This document shows, one piece after another, positions 10,063 to 18,772 of a stretch of 33,043 nt of DNA (the first letter of the stretch is position 1; each line of letters starts with the position of its first letter). Source of the DNA: an uncultured archaeon (GTDB lineage Archaea; Asgardarchaeota; Heimdallarchaeia; Heimdallarchaeales; Heimdallarchaeaceae); the NCBI GenBank assembly GCA_964549075.1, contig CAZJUB010000002.1:17723-50765 (forward strand), read 5' to 3'. A program made the position numbers and the translations under genes. The notes under the pieces are model-generated. The model was not told where the DNA came from and did no database searches. It saw only the letters and a list, made by a program, of their open reading frames with translations.

Positions 10063-10139
10063 ACAGGAGATAGCAACTTTTCTTTCTAACTAGTCTATTA
10101 TAGCCAAAATTAATAAAGATATGCTATCTGAAATGTACA

Positions 10140-10649
10140 ATGGCTAAAATCATTCTCATTACAGGTGATGGAAAAGGCAAAACGTCTTCTTCTATTGGTC
10201 ATGCTTATTTAAATCAATTAAAACAAAAAAAGATTGTAATTGCACAATTTCTAAAAACTGGAAAAAATTGCGGAGAATGTAATTTCTTCAAAGAATTTCA
10301 CAATGTAAAATGGTTTAATTTTGGAAAAGACGAATTCTATTTGTCAGATAAGCAATTAAACGAATTTCAAAATATGATAACTAAAGGTATAGCAAGGATT
10401 TATCAGGAATTAAGTGAAAACAAAACGGATATTCTTATTTTAGATGAACTAGGAGTAGCTTTTTCACATAATTTGGCGAAATGGAACGATTTTGAATCTC
10501 TTATAACTCTTGTAGAAGAGGAGATTATAATCACAGGGAGAAGAATACCAGAGGAAATAGAACATAAGGTGGACAAAATAATCTTAATTGAAGAAGTTAA
10601 ACATCCTTATCATAAAGGGATAAAAGCTAGAAAGGGGATTGAATTCTAA
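10140..10649 (+). CDS. cobO: ATP:cob(I)alamin adenosyltransferase (BtuR/CobO family)
   Basis: TGDGKGKT, QFLK, ILDE, ITGR, KHPY..GIKARKGIEF. Confidence 0.93.
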   Translation: MAKIILITGDGKGKTSSSIGHAYLNQLKQKKIVIAQFLKTGKNCGECNFFKEFHNVKWFNFGKDEFYLSDKQLNEFQNMITKGIARIYQELSENKTDILILDELGVAFSHNLAKWNDFESLITLVEEEIIITGRRIPEEIEHKVDKIILIEEVKHPYHKGIKARKGIEF

Positions 10650-10710
10650 GCAAAATCATTTTTCACTTTCACACATTATTTAATTTTTTTACTTTTGAAA
10701 TGGGGTCACC

Positions 10711-10785
10711 CTTCGAAGAAGTTAAATTAATGTTAAACTACTGTCTGATTAAGTATTACCTTTAAATACTCTAACCTCTTCGAAG
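10711..10785. promoter_or_regulatory. 14-bp imperfect inverted repeat flanking the TATA-like box of radA
   Basis: CTTCGAAGAAGTTA (10711-10724) and TAACCTCTTCGAAG (10772-10785) are reverse complements with one mismatch; TTTAAATA at 10761-10768 lies between them. Confidence 0.5.
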
Positions 10786-10806
10786 TAATAGTAGTGGTGT
10801 AATGTA

Positions 10807-12120
10807 ATGAGCAAAAAGACAGAGACAGAAGAAGAATTTCCTGAATCTGATGATAAAGAGATTGAAGAAGAATATGAAGAACATCTTATAGAACTAGCTG
10901 AGGAGGAATCTAAAAAAGAATCCAAAAAACAAGTTTACAAGGATTTATCTAATATACCAGGTTTAGGAAAGAAAACTCTGGATACTTTAAATGAAAATGG
11001 TATCAATGAAATCGAGGAGTTAATGACCACTAGACTTATTGAACTCCAAACTATGGGTATTCAAAGAGCAATAGCAAAAAAAATTAGAGCTGAAATTGCT
11101 AGCTCAGTTCCTAAATACAAGTTTTTCAAAGAAGAGATAGGATTAGAAGATCTTCCGGGTATTGGAAAATCAACAGCTGATATGCTGAGAGAAAAAGGTT
11201 TGAATGTTTATCTTCTTGGTACAACTCCTGTAAGAGAATTAGAAGAGAAATATGGAATAACAGAAAGTGCTGCGAAAAAATACAAAGAATCACTCAGTGA
11301 AATTAGAGGTGGAATTGAATTCATTAATGCTTTTGAAATAATGGAAAAACAAAAAGGTTCACCTGCTTTTACATATGGTATAAAAGCTTTGGATGCTCTA
11401 ACCACCATTGATGAATTAGGTGTTTCAGGTGTTAGATTAGGAGAGACCATAGAGTTATTTGGTCCATTCAGATCAGGAAAATCCCAGCTATGTCATCAAT
11501 TATGTGTAACTGTTCAACTCCCCCCAGAACTTGGCGGTGTTGGTAAAAAAGCTGTTTTTATAGATACAGAAGGTACTTTTTCACCAAGTAGAATTAAAGC
11601 TATACATGCAAAACTGCAAAAAGACTTAGGTTGGGAGAAAAGTTTTGAAGACGTTCTAAGAGACATCACTTACGCTAGAGCATACAATTCAGACCATCAG
11701 ATGACTCTAGTAGAAAGATTATTGGAACTGTTTTACAATCATAAAGACGAATATGGCTTTGTTGCATTAGATTCAGCAACAGCACACTTTAGAGCTGAAT
11801 ATGCGGGAAGAGGGACACTAGCTGAAAGGCAGCAAACAATTAACCATCACTTAGGTATTTTAGGCAGATTAGCTGACACATATGATGTTGCTGTAGCTAT
11901 AACAAATCAAGTTCAATCAAATCCTGCAGCATTTTTTGGAGATCCAACACAAGCTATAGGTGGTAATATCTTAGGACATTGGGCTACAACACGATTTTAT
12001 CTAAGAAAATCCAAAGGAGAAAAAAGAATTATTAGAATCTATGATTCGCCTTATCTACCAGAAACAGAAGCTGTATTTGCTATAACACCAGAGGGCTGTG
12101 TTGATGTGGACGAAGCTTAA
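10807..12120 (+). CDS. radA: RadA/Rad51-family recombinase with acidic N-terminus and two HhH domains
   Basis: Walker A GPFRSGKSQ, FIDTEGTF, Walker B VALDS, FRAEYAGRGTLAERQQ, TNQV, IGGNILGH, DSPYLPE; FxxA motif FINA. Confidence 0.95.
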   Translation: MSKKTETEEEFPESDDKEIEEEYEEHLIELAEEESKKESKKQVYKDLSNIPGLGKKTLDTLNENGINEIEELMTTRLIELQTMGIQRAIAKKIRAEIASSVPKYKFFKEEIGLEDLPGIGKSTADMLREKGLNVYLLGTTPVRELEEKYGITESAAKKYKESLSEIRGGIEFINAFEIMEKQKGSPAFTYGIKALDALTTIDELGVSGVRLGETIELFGPFRSGKSQLCHQLCVTVQLPPELGGVGKKAVFIDTEGTFSPSRIKAIHAKLQKDLGWEKSFEDVLRDITYARAYNSDHQMTLVERLLELFYNHKDEYGFVALDSATAHFRAEYAGRGTLAERQQTINHHLGILGRLADTYDVAVAITNQVQSNPAAFFGDPTQAIGGNILGHWATTRFYLRKSKGEKRIIRIYDSPYLPETEAVFAITPEGCVDVDEA

Positions 12121-12125
12121 ATGTA

Positions 12126-12764
12126 TTATTCCAAAGAAGTTCCACAACTTCCACAATATTTCCATCTTATATTAACAACAGAATTACAATATGAACATCT
12201 ACTTCTATATTCTGCTGGAATATTGGTTTCAGGGATTCTGGAAATATCACCACCATAACGAGTTACAGGCGATAAACCAACCATCTCAGCAGGATCAGAA
12301 TCTAATTCTCTATTAAAATCGGAATCTAAGAAAACGTCTTCTTCTAAATCATCGGATGATAAGGAGTCAGTTAACGGGTCAGAAAAAAGATTGGTTATAT
12401 CTAAATCATCTAGGTCAATTTTAACAGGATCTGTATAAAAACGATTTGAAGAGGATTGATTAGAATCTCCATCATAAATTGAAGTTTGAGTAGTTTGTTT
12501 AAGGTTATTTTCTGATGAGAAGGTTTTACTAGTCTGTTGTTGATATAATTTGTCATATATTTTACAATGTTCAGAAATTGGACAAGATGATGAACCATAT
12601 TGAAGATTTGGTGAAGCATCAACAAATGTTCTACCAACCAATAAAGAACCATTAAGAAGATGAATCTTCAATCCTTGCTCAATTAACGCTTTAAGAATAG
12701 TCTTCGGATCATAAGATTCACCATTAATTTCAATAATGCCTTTAATATCATTGAAGTTCATCAT
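12126..12764 (-). CDS. Hypothetical protein with acidic middle region and C-terminal zinc ribbon
   Basis: Ends CSYCNSVVNIRWKYCGSCGTSL. Confidence 0.75.
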   Translation of the reverse strand: MMNFNDIKGIIEINGESYDPKTILKALIEQGLKIHLLNGSLLVGRTFVDASPNLQYGSSSCPISEHCKIYDKLYQQQTSKTFSSENNLKQTTQTSIYDGDSNQSSSNRFYTDPVKIDLDDLDITNLFSDPLTDSLSSDDLEEDVFLDSDFNRELDSDPAEMVGLSPVTRYGGDISRIPETNIPAEYRSRCSYCNSVVNIRWKYCGSCGTSLE

Positions 12765-12860
12765 AACATATAATACAATTAATCTATTAAGTTAAAAAAT
12801 TAGTATTATATCAATATGAATACGGGTATTACTAAAAAGAGAAAATAGGTAAAAAAAGCT

Positions 12861-13550
12861 TCACTCTTGATATTTTAAGTGGATAGCTTTTGTCACTCTG
12901 TTAAGCCAATCATCTAATTTTTCAATAAGCTCACTATGAACTTCTGGTAGTAGAACATCACTTTCAGGCATTTTAGCAACTCGTTGTACCCAAGAATTCA
13001 ATTCATATAACATTGGAGACATTCCTACTTGAGTTTCCACTTCATCTCTAAGTTCCTCTAACATTTGTGAGATATTCCCACAACTGGAATTTGGACTAAT
13101 CATTTGTGTTATATGTTTGAATTTTGCTGATACTGCAGAAAATGCGGCATCAGCTTCAACTGAAGAACCGCCAGCTGGTTTCTCCTCACTAATACCCGGG
13201 GAAACATATTCTTCCTGCTTTTGTTTCTTTGATGGTTTGGATTCAGCAACAGGTGCTTGAACAGCAGGAGCTGGGGTACTTACTGGAGTTGATGAGCTCA
13301 CTGAAGCACCTAAGCCATCAATCTTCGCATTAAGATTGGTAATCATATTTTTTATTCCCGGTATTTCTCCAAGCTTAAGTCCAACTTCTGACACTTGATT
13401 CTCTACATTTGAGAAACCTGACATCTTGGATTCTAATTGAGAAATTTGTGTGGATAATTTGGCAATTGAATCATTAACGTTTTGAACTAATGTTGATAGT
13501 TTGTTAATTGAATTAATTAATTGTACTAACATTTCTTCTGGATTACTCAT
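12861..13550 (-). CDS. Hypothetical protein: coiled coil, Pro/Ser/Ala linker, C-terminal helical domain
   Basis: Heptad pattern over about the first 80 aa; STPVSTPAPAVQAP linker. Confidence 0.8.
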   Translation of the reverse strand: MSNPEEMLVQLINSINKLSTLVQNVNDSIAKLSTQISQLESKMSGFSNVENQVSEVGLKLGEIPGIKNMITNLNAKIDGLGASVSSSTPVSTPAPAVQAPVAESKPSKKQKQEEYVSPGISEEKPAGGSSVEADAAFSAVSAKFKHITQMISPNSSCGNISQMLEELRDEVETQVGMSPMLYELNSWVQRVAKMPESDVLLPEVHSELIEKLDDWLNRVTKAIHLKYQE

Positions 13551-13701
13551 TAATAGTCACAATAAGAGAATCACATCAAATTTAAAAAAATTTTTGGCTT
13601 AGGCGTATTAATTAGCTGTTAAAATTCTATTGAAAAGATATAGGTGTATAGGAGTTACATAATCTTAATAAAGCTAGCAAACCTTTCATAAATGAAGGCT
13701 A

Positions 13702-13866
13702 ATGAGTGAAAGAGATATTGTAGAATTGCTTGTTAGATGGCGTTCTGTGGCAATGATGCTAGAAAGAGAAGAATTCAGGAGAATAGCTGGTGATCAAAAA
13801 GGACTTATTGCTGCAATACTAATGATATTACTCGAGATGCAGAATAAAGGTTCTGGAGTATATTAG
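13702..13866 (+). CDS. Small helical protein (54 aa) absent from the ORF track
   Basis: MSERDIVELLVRWRSVAMMLEREEFRRIAGDQKGLIAAILMILLEMQNKGSGVY; fills the gap and ends 33 bp before the E2 gene on the same strand. Confidence 0.65.
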   Translation: MSERDIVELLVRWRSVAMMLEREEFRRIAGDQKGLIAAILMILLEMQNKGSGVY

Positions 13867-13899
13867 AAGGAAAATAGGAATTAAAAACAAGGGATAAAG

Positions 13900-14367
13900 A
13901 TGTTATCTGAAGAAGAATTCTGGCCTCGGATTGCTATTGAAGCAAACGAATTAAAAAAAGAGTTACCAACCTTCAAACCAGTTGATGGTAATACTTTATT
14001 ATGGAGAGGATTCATCTTCGGAGCTGGACTATATGAAGGGGGAGTGTTTGTTTTAGAAATAGAAATTCCAAGAGAGTATCCATTTAAACCTCCAAAAGTA
14101 AAAATGTTAACAAAAGTGTTCCATGCCAATGTTTTTGATACTAGAATATGTGTAGGAGTACTTGGAGCAGATTGGACTCCAGCAAACAATCTAGTTGATG
14201 TTATTGAATCGATACGATTTATTTTGTGTAATCCCAATCCAGACGATCCATTAAATTCTACAGCTGCTAATCTCATGAAACGTGATCCAAAAGAATATGC
14301 TCGTAAAGTAAAAGAATATGTTGAAAAATTCGCTACATTTGAGCAAATAGGAAGATATGAGTTATAA
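13900..14367 (+). CDS. Ubiquitin-conjugating enzyme E2
   Basis: YEGGVF, YPFKPPKV, FHANV (HPN variant), catalytic Cys in RICVGVL, WTPA, PNPDDPLN. Confidence 0.95.
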   Translation: MLSEEEFWPRIAIEANELKKELPTFKPVDGNTLLWRGFIFGAGLYEGGVFVLEIEIPREYPFKPPKVKMLTKVFHANVFDTRICVGVLGADWTPANNLVDVIESIRFILCNPNPDDPLNSTAANLMKRDPKEYARKVKEYVEKFATFEQIGRYEL

Positions 14368-14435
14368 TTTTTATATCAAATTTAATATTATCATCATAAG
14401 TAATTTTTATTTAGAGTTAAAAAAATATTGAATAG

Positions 14436-15245
14436 ATGTCTCAAGGATATATTCAAGAAGTGTTTTCAAGTTTTCAAGGAGAAGGTGCTTCAGTCGAAGG
14501 AAGTTGTTACGGATTAAGACAGATATTCGTTAGACTCTCAGGATGTCCTTTGGCTTTAGGTGTACATGGAACTAAAGGTTGTATTTGGTGTGATTCCCCA
14601 AAATCTTGGAGTACTAAACCAAAAAAATGTCTCGTAGAAACAAAACCTGGTAGTCAAAAGTTTAACAAGATTGAGAATCCACTAAATCCAAATGATGTTG
14701 TAAAAATTATCAAGAATCTGACAACCACTGATTTACATTCCATAAGCTTTACTGGAGGAGAACCTTTATTTCAAGAATTATTTCTTGAGGAAACGATAAA
14801 TCTGCTCAGATTGAATAATTATAGAATTTATTTAGAAACAGCCTTCACTGATGATTTTGAATTTCTGAGAAAAATTGCAAAGAGAATAGATTATGCTTGT
14901 GTAGACGTTAAAGATAGAACTGCAGAAGCAGCTTTGAATTGGGAAAAACTAATAGAGCAGGAATTTTTAATGTGTAAGATATTAAAAAGTGCCAGAACTA
15001 AAATCTATGCAAAAACGGTAATAACCAAAGCCTCAAAAAAAGAAGATTTCGAAATAATAGCAAAAAGATGTGGAGAGATTGGTGTTCCACTAGTAATTCA
15101 ATTTGTCTCACCTCCATTGGGATCTAATATTGAAAAACCTACATGGGAGCAAATAAATAGCTTCACTATAATAGCAGGCGAGTATTTACCTGCTGATAAA
15201 ATAGGTGTCTCAATACAAATGCATAAAGCTATTGAGATACTTTAG
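14436..15245 (+). CDS. queE: 7-carboxy-7-deazaguanine synthase (radical SAM)
   Basis: EVFSSFQGEG, QIFVRLSGC, WCDS, SFTGGEPL, YLET, QMHK; first gene of the que cluster. Confidence 0.92.
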   Translation: MSQGYIQEVFSSFQGEGASVEGSCYGLRQIFVRLSGCPLALGVHGTKGCIWCDSPKSWSTKPKKCLVETKPGSQKFNKIENPLNPNDVVKIIKNLTTTDLHSISFTGGEPLFQELFLEETINLLRLNNYRIYLETAFTDDFEFLRKIAKRIDYACVDVKDRTAEAALNWEKLIEQEFLMCKILKSARTKIYAKTVITKASKKEDFEIIAKRCGEIGVPLVIQFVSPPLGSNIEKPTWEQINSFTIIAGEYLPADKIGVSIQMHKAIEIL

Positions 15246-15255
15246 GTGATGAAAA

Positions 15256-16224
15256 ATGAAATTAAATAGCAAATCATTATCTGATGTTCAATCAGATGAT
15301 TCAAAAATACAGATTGGAATCAAGAGGGTTGGTGTTTGCAATATACCTAAAATTATCAAACGCAAAAGATTTGGTGAGATAAACGAGTTAACTACAAAAA
15401 TTGATGTTTATGTTGATTTACTCCCTTCAAAAAGAGGCATACATATGTCTCGAAACATTGAAGCAATTAATGAGGTCATATCCACCCTTACTGGAGAAGT
15501 AATCACAGATAGTGAAGAATTGTGTTCTCAAATTGCTAAAAAGGTATTATTAGCTCAACCAGGCGCAACTAATTCAGAAGTCAATCTAATAGCTGACTAC
15601 GAATTAAAAACATATTCTAAGGCTATTAATGGTGAAAAATCAAGTGTTCACAAGCTTAGAGCCGGAGCTAGAGCTAAAAAGAACGGTGAAGACATAGAAG
15701 TATGGAAAATTATTGGTGCAGAGGTTGAAGGAACTACAGTATGTCCTTGTTCTCAAGAATTGTCTAGAGATTATGCTTATGAGAAATTGTTGGAAAAAGG
15801 TTTTACTAAAGAACAAGTAGAGCTTGCTCTTGAGGATATGCCTTTAGCAGCTCATAATCAGAGATCAAAATCAATTCTTATTTTTGAACAACCAAGAAAT
15901 GCAGAAAGAATAGAACTTGAAGATATAATTAGAATTCTTGAAAACGCTATGAGTGCACCAACTCATGAGGTATTGAAGAGAAAAGATGAGCAGTCAGTAG
16001 TGATATATGCACATAAAAAGCCTGTTTTTGTCGAAGATGTAGTTCGTACTATTCTTAAACAAGTAGCACTTAAGTATGAAAATCAACCACCAGAAACTCA
16101 AATTTGTGTTAAGCAGATAAATTACGAAAGTATTCATCAACATAACGCAGTCGCTGAAGTAAAAACTACACTTCAAAGATTAAAAGAGCAATTAAACGGT
16201 TTTGAGAATAATGAAGAAAGTTAA
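15256..16224 (+). CDS. mptA: GTP cyclohydrolase of the FolE2/MptA family
   Basis: DVQ, RVGV, RGIHMSR, TVCPCS, AHNQRS, LKR.DE, PVFVEDVVR, ESIHQHNA; RBS AGGTGAT at 15244-15250. Confidence 0.92.
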   Translation: MKLNSKSLSDVQSDDSKIQIGIKRVGVCNIPKIIKRKRFGEINELTTKIDVYVDLLPSKRGIHMSRNIEAINEVISTLTGEVITDSEELCSQIAKKVLLAQPGATNSEVNLIADYELKTYSKAINGEKSSVHKLRAGARAKKNGEDIEVWKIIGAEVEGTTVCPCSQELSRDYAYEKLLEKGFTKEQVELALEDMPLAAHNQRSKSILIFEQPRNAERIELEDIIRILENAMSAPTHEVLKRKDEQSVVIYAHKKPVFVEDVVRTILKQVALKYENQPPETQICVKQINYESIHQHNAVAEVKTTLQRLKEQLNGFENNEES

Positions 16225-16828
16225 GAAAAACCAATATACAATAATTGTGGAAGATTTTTCAACACCTACCACATATGATGGATCACAAATAGCCAGCAGA
16301 TTTACAGCAGAGAGATATGGTGTATTTGGTGAAACCATATTAATTTTTCGAGGAGGGATGAAATTATCTCCAAAAGAGATGATAGATATAAAGGATATAG
16401 TGAGAGAGTCACACTTAAACGAGATTCTGATAAGTTCTGATGATTCATTACATCTAATAATCGAGGAATTTGACATTCAACCCCCAAACATGGAACTTGA
16501 ATACTACAGATTGCAGATATTGGTTCAAAATGTAATAGAGGTTCTTAGAAGTCATAAAATTGAAATCTCAAGGAAAGGAACAGATATGTATATTGCCGGG
16601 AAAAAACTTAATGTTGCTATTGCCACTACAAGTATATCAAGTAGCAAAATTCATCTGGGGATAAATATTACAAGTTCAGGAATTCCTACACATGTAAATG
16701 CAACTAGTCTTCTAGAGCTTGGCATAAAACAAGAAGACATAGAAAATATAGCACTCGATATTGCTGAAAGATATGTAAATGAAATATCAAAAATAAAAGA
16801 AGATGTATCAAAAACCAGATCAATTTAG
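16211..16828 (+). CDS. DUF366 family protein (lipoate/biotin-ligase-like fold)
   Basis: YDGSQI, FRG, EMID..D, LHLIIE.FD, Q, R.G.D.Y...KKL.V.IAT, KIHLGINI, D...TR. ATG at 16211 overlaps the end of mptA. Confidence 0.85.
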   Translation: MKKVKKNQYTIIVEDFSTPTTYDGSQIASRFTAERYGVFGETILIFRGGMKLSPKEMIDIKDIVRESHLNEILISSDDSLHLIIEEFDIQPPNMELEYYRLQILVQNVIEVLRSHKIEISRKGTDMYIAGKKLNVAIATTSISSSKIHLGINITSSGIPTHVNATSLLELGIKQEDIENIALDIAERYVNEISKIKEDVSKTRSI

Positions 16829-16837
16829 GTGATTACT

Positions 16838-17290
16838 ATGAAATTAAAAATCTCAGGTGATAAACTTACTTTCGCTGCAGCTCACATGTTAATTCATCAC
16901 GATAAATGTGCACGTCTTCACGGACATAATTATGAAATTGAAGTAGAAATTGAAGGATCTCTTGATGAAAATAATATGGTGATTGATTTTGGTCCATTCA
17001 AAGCAAGTGTTAGTGCTATCATTAAAGAGCTAGATCACATGGTTATTCTACCAGAAAACAATTCAAAACTTACTATAGAATTGGATCAAAAACAATATAA
17101 AGTCTCTACTGAAGATGGAAAATTTTATCGTTTTCCAAAAGAGGATGTAATAATGGTCCCACTTAAAGCAACAACTGTTGAATTATTAGCTAAATATTTA
17201 TATGATAAATTAAAGGAACAATATCCTCAATTCAATTTAACTATCACAATGTCTGAAACGCCAACCAGCATTGTTTCTTATACAGAATAA
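16838..17290 (+). CDS. queD: 6-carboxy-5,6,7,8-tetrahydropterin synthase
   Basis: FAAAH, CARLHGHNY, IDF, LDH, TTVE, ETP; RBS AGGTGA at 16827-16832 favours the ATG at 16838. Confidence 0.93.
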   Translation: MKLKISGDKLTFAAAHMLIHHDKCARLHGHNYEIEVEIEGSLDENNMVIDFGPFKASVSAIIKELDHMVILPENNSKLTIELDQKQYKVSTEDGKFYRFPKEDVIMVPLKATTVELLAKYLYDKLKEQYPQFNLTITMSETPTSIVSYTE

Positions 17291-17344
17291 GAAAGGAAAA
17301 TAATACACATATAATACGTGAAATTACAGAGGAAAAGGATTAAG

Positions 17345-18064
17345 ATGGATACGGCAATTATTTTGTTCTCTGGAGGATTAGATTCAACAGCATGTGTTTA
17401 TTGGTCTCTTGAAAAATTTGACAGAATATTGCTACTTAGTTTTCTTTATGGAAGCAAAGAAGATGATACTATAATAAAAGTAAACAAAAAATTTTCATCT
17501 ATACTGAATCTGGAAAGTAAAATAATAGAACTTCCATTTCTAGACGAATTTACAATAAACTCAGGTTCTACACTTTCAGAAATAGGTAGAGAGGTACCAG
17601 AAATTATTACATTTGAACAGCTTGATTCTGAAGAGTTAACTAAGCAAACCGCAAAATCTGTTTGGGTTCCTGGGAGGAATATCCTATTCATTTCTATCGC
17701 GGCTTCTTTTGCAGATAGCCTAGTTTTACCTGTTAAGATTCTATTTGGTGCAAATTATGAAGAAGGAACTACTTTTTCGGATAATACTCAAGAATTTGTT
17801 GACCGTATGAATGAAGCTGTCAAGCTAGGTTGTAGAAATAATATTGAAGTAATAGCACCTTTTCATGAGAAACAGAAAAGTGAAATCGCGAAATTTCTCA
17901 AAAATAAGAACGCATCAATCGAATTTTCGTCTTCATGTTATCAGATAAAGGATTGGACCAAAGATGGTCACCCAATCCATTGTGGTAAATGTGAATCATG
18001 TCAAAGAAGAAAAAGAGCCTTTCAAATTGCAGGAGAAAAAGATCCTACAACATATCTCTTTTGA
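17345..18064 (+). CDS. queC: 7-cyano-7-deazaguanine (preQ0) synthase
   Basis: SGGLDS, VWVPGRN, SCY...HCGKCESC.RRKRAF, DPT.Y; ATG at 17345. Confidence 0.95.
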   Translation: MDTAIILFSGGLDSTACVYWSLEKFDRILLLSFLYGSKEDDTIIKVNKKFSSILNLESKIIELPFLDEFTINSGSTLSEIGREVPEIITFEQLDSEELTKQTAKSVWVPGRNILFISIAASFADSLVLPVKILFGANYEEGTTFSDNTQEFVDRMNEAVKLGCRNNIEVIAPFHEKQKSEIAKFLKNKNASIEFSSSCYQIKDWTKDGHPIHCGKCESCQRRKRAFQIAGEKDPTTYLF

Positions 18065-18113
18065 AAAAACGTTTTTATTTGTGAAAATCCTAACATTACA
18101 GTGGGGTGTAATT

Positions 18114-18746
18114 ATGGATTTTCGTGTTTTTTCAATAAGAAGGGATGGAAGCTATAAAGAAGTACCTGCTAAAAAAGAAAGTTTCCTGGATGAAAATGGA
18201 GCTTATTTGATAATGGATAGGAATGAGAGAAAAATATACATATATAGAAAGGATGGAATTTCAAGTGTTCTTTCATATTCAGCGGGAAGAGCTGCTACCA
18301 ACTTGAAAACACTGAAAGGTTCAAGGTATAACATAGTAAACATAGAACATGAGGAGAGAGATAGAATATTTCCAGAATTACTTCGAAGGATGGAATCTGG
18401 TGCTTTTGAGCAGTTGCCACATTCTTCAAGAGAATATTTACCTACTAAAGCCTATGTTTACGGAGAAAAAACCTTACCTATTACAAGAACAGTTGAAAAC
18501 AGATCTTCTATAGATAGTGAATCAAGGGAGATTGAATCGAAAATAATTGATGTCAAGAAACCAGAGGAACACAATTTAAAAACAAACAGCTATGATATAG
18601 AAAATATAGTCAAAACTCTTGCGTCAAAGATTCTCTTTGAATCTAATGTTGAAAATCTAAGGAACTTAGAGAAACCTCCTAGATATGAATTGAAAAGTGA
18701 ATTGGTAAAAAAAATAGATGAATTGCTGGATAAAATGTATGATTAA
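18114..18746 (+). CDS. Single gelsolin-like domain protein with C-terminal extension
   Basis: EVPAKKESFLDENGAYLIMD...KIYIY...S.....SAGRAATNL...IVNIEHEE...F follows the gelsolin repeat pattern; RBS GGGGTG at 18103-18108 favours the ATG at 18114. Confidence 0.65.
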   Translation: MDFRVFSIRRDGSYKEVPAKKESFLDENGAYLIMDRNERKIYIYRKDGISSVLSYSAGRAATNLKTLKGSRYNIVNIEHEERDRIFPELLRRMESGAFEQLPHSSREYLPTKAYVYGEKTLPITRTVENRSSIDSESREIESKIIDVKKPEEHNLKTNSYDIENIVKTLASKILFESNVENLRNLEKPPRYELKSELVKKIDELLDKMYD

Positions 18747-18772
18747 ATGGCATAGTAACACATAGTTACTGG

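Noticed and set aside
10791-10799. GTAGTGGTG before radA matches the predicted F3-F2-F1 zinc-finger triplets
   Set aside because: Only 9 bp of a degenerate pattern, the F4 triplet does not fit, and it is explained by the ribosome-binding site.
14436-18064. 7-deazaguanine DNA-modification (dpd) defence island
   Set aside because: No dpdA/tgt-like or other dpd genes in the window; tRNA archaeosine precursor synthesis is the simpler explanation.
17964-18113. 50-aa N-terminal extension of the gelsolin-like ORF
   Set aside because: Overlaps queC by 101 bp, and an RBS precedes the ATG at 18114.
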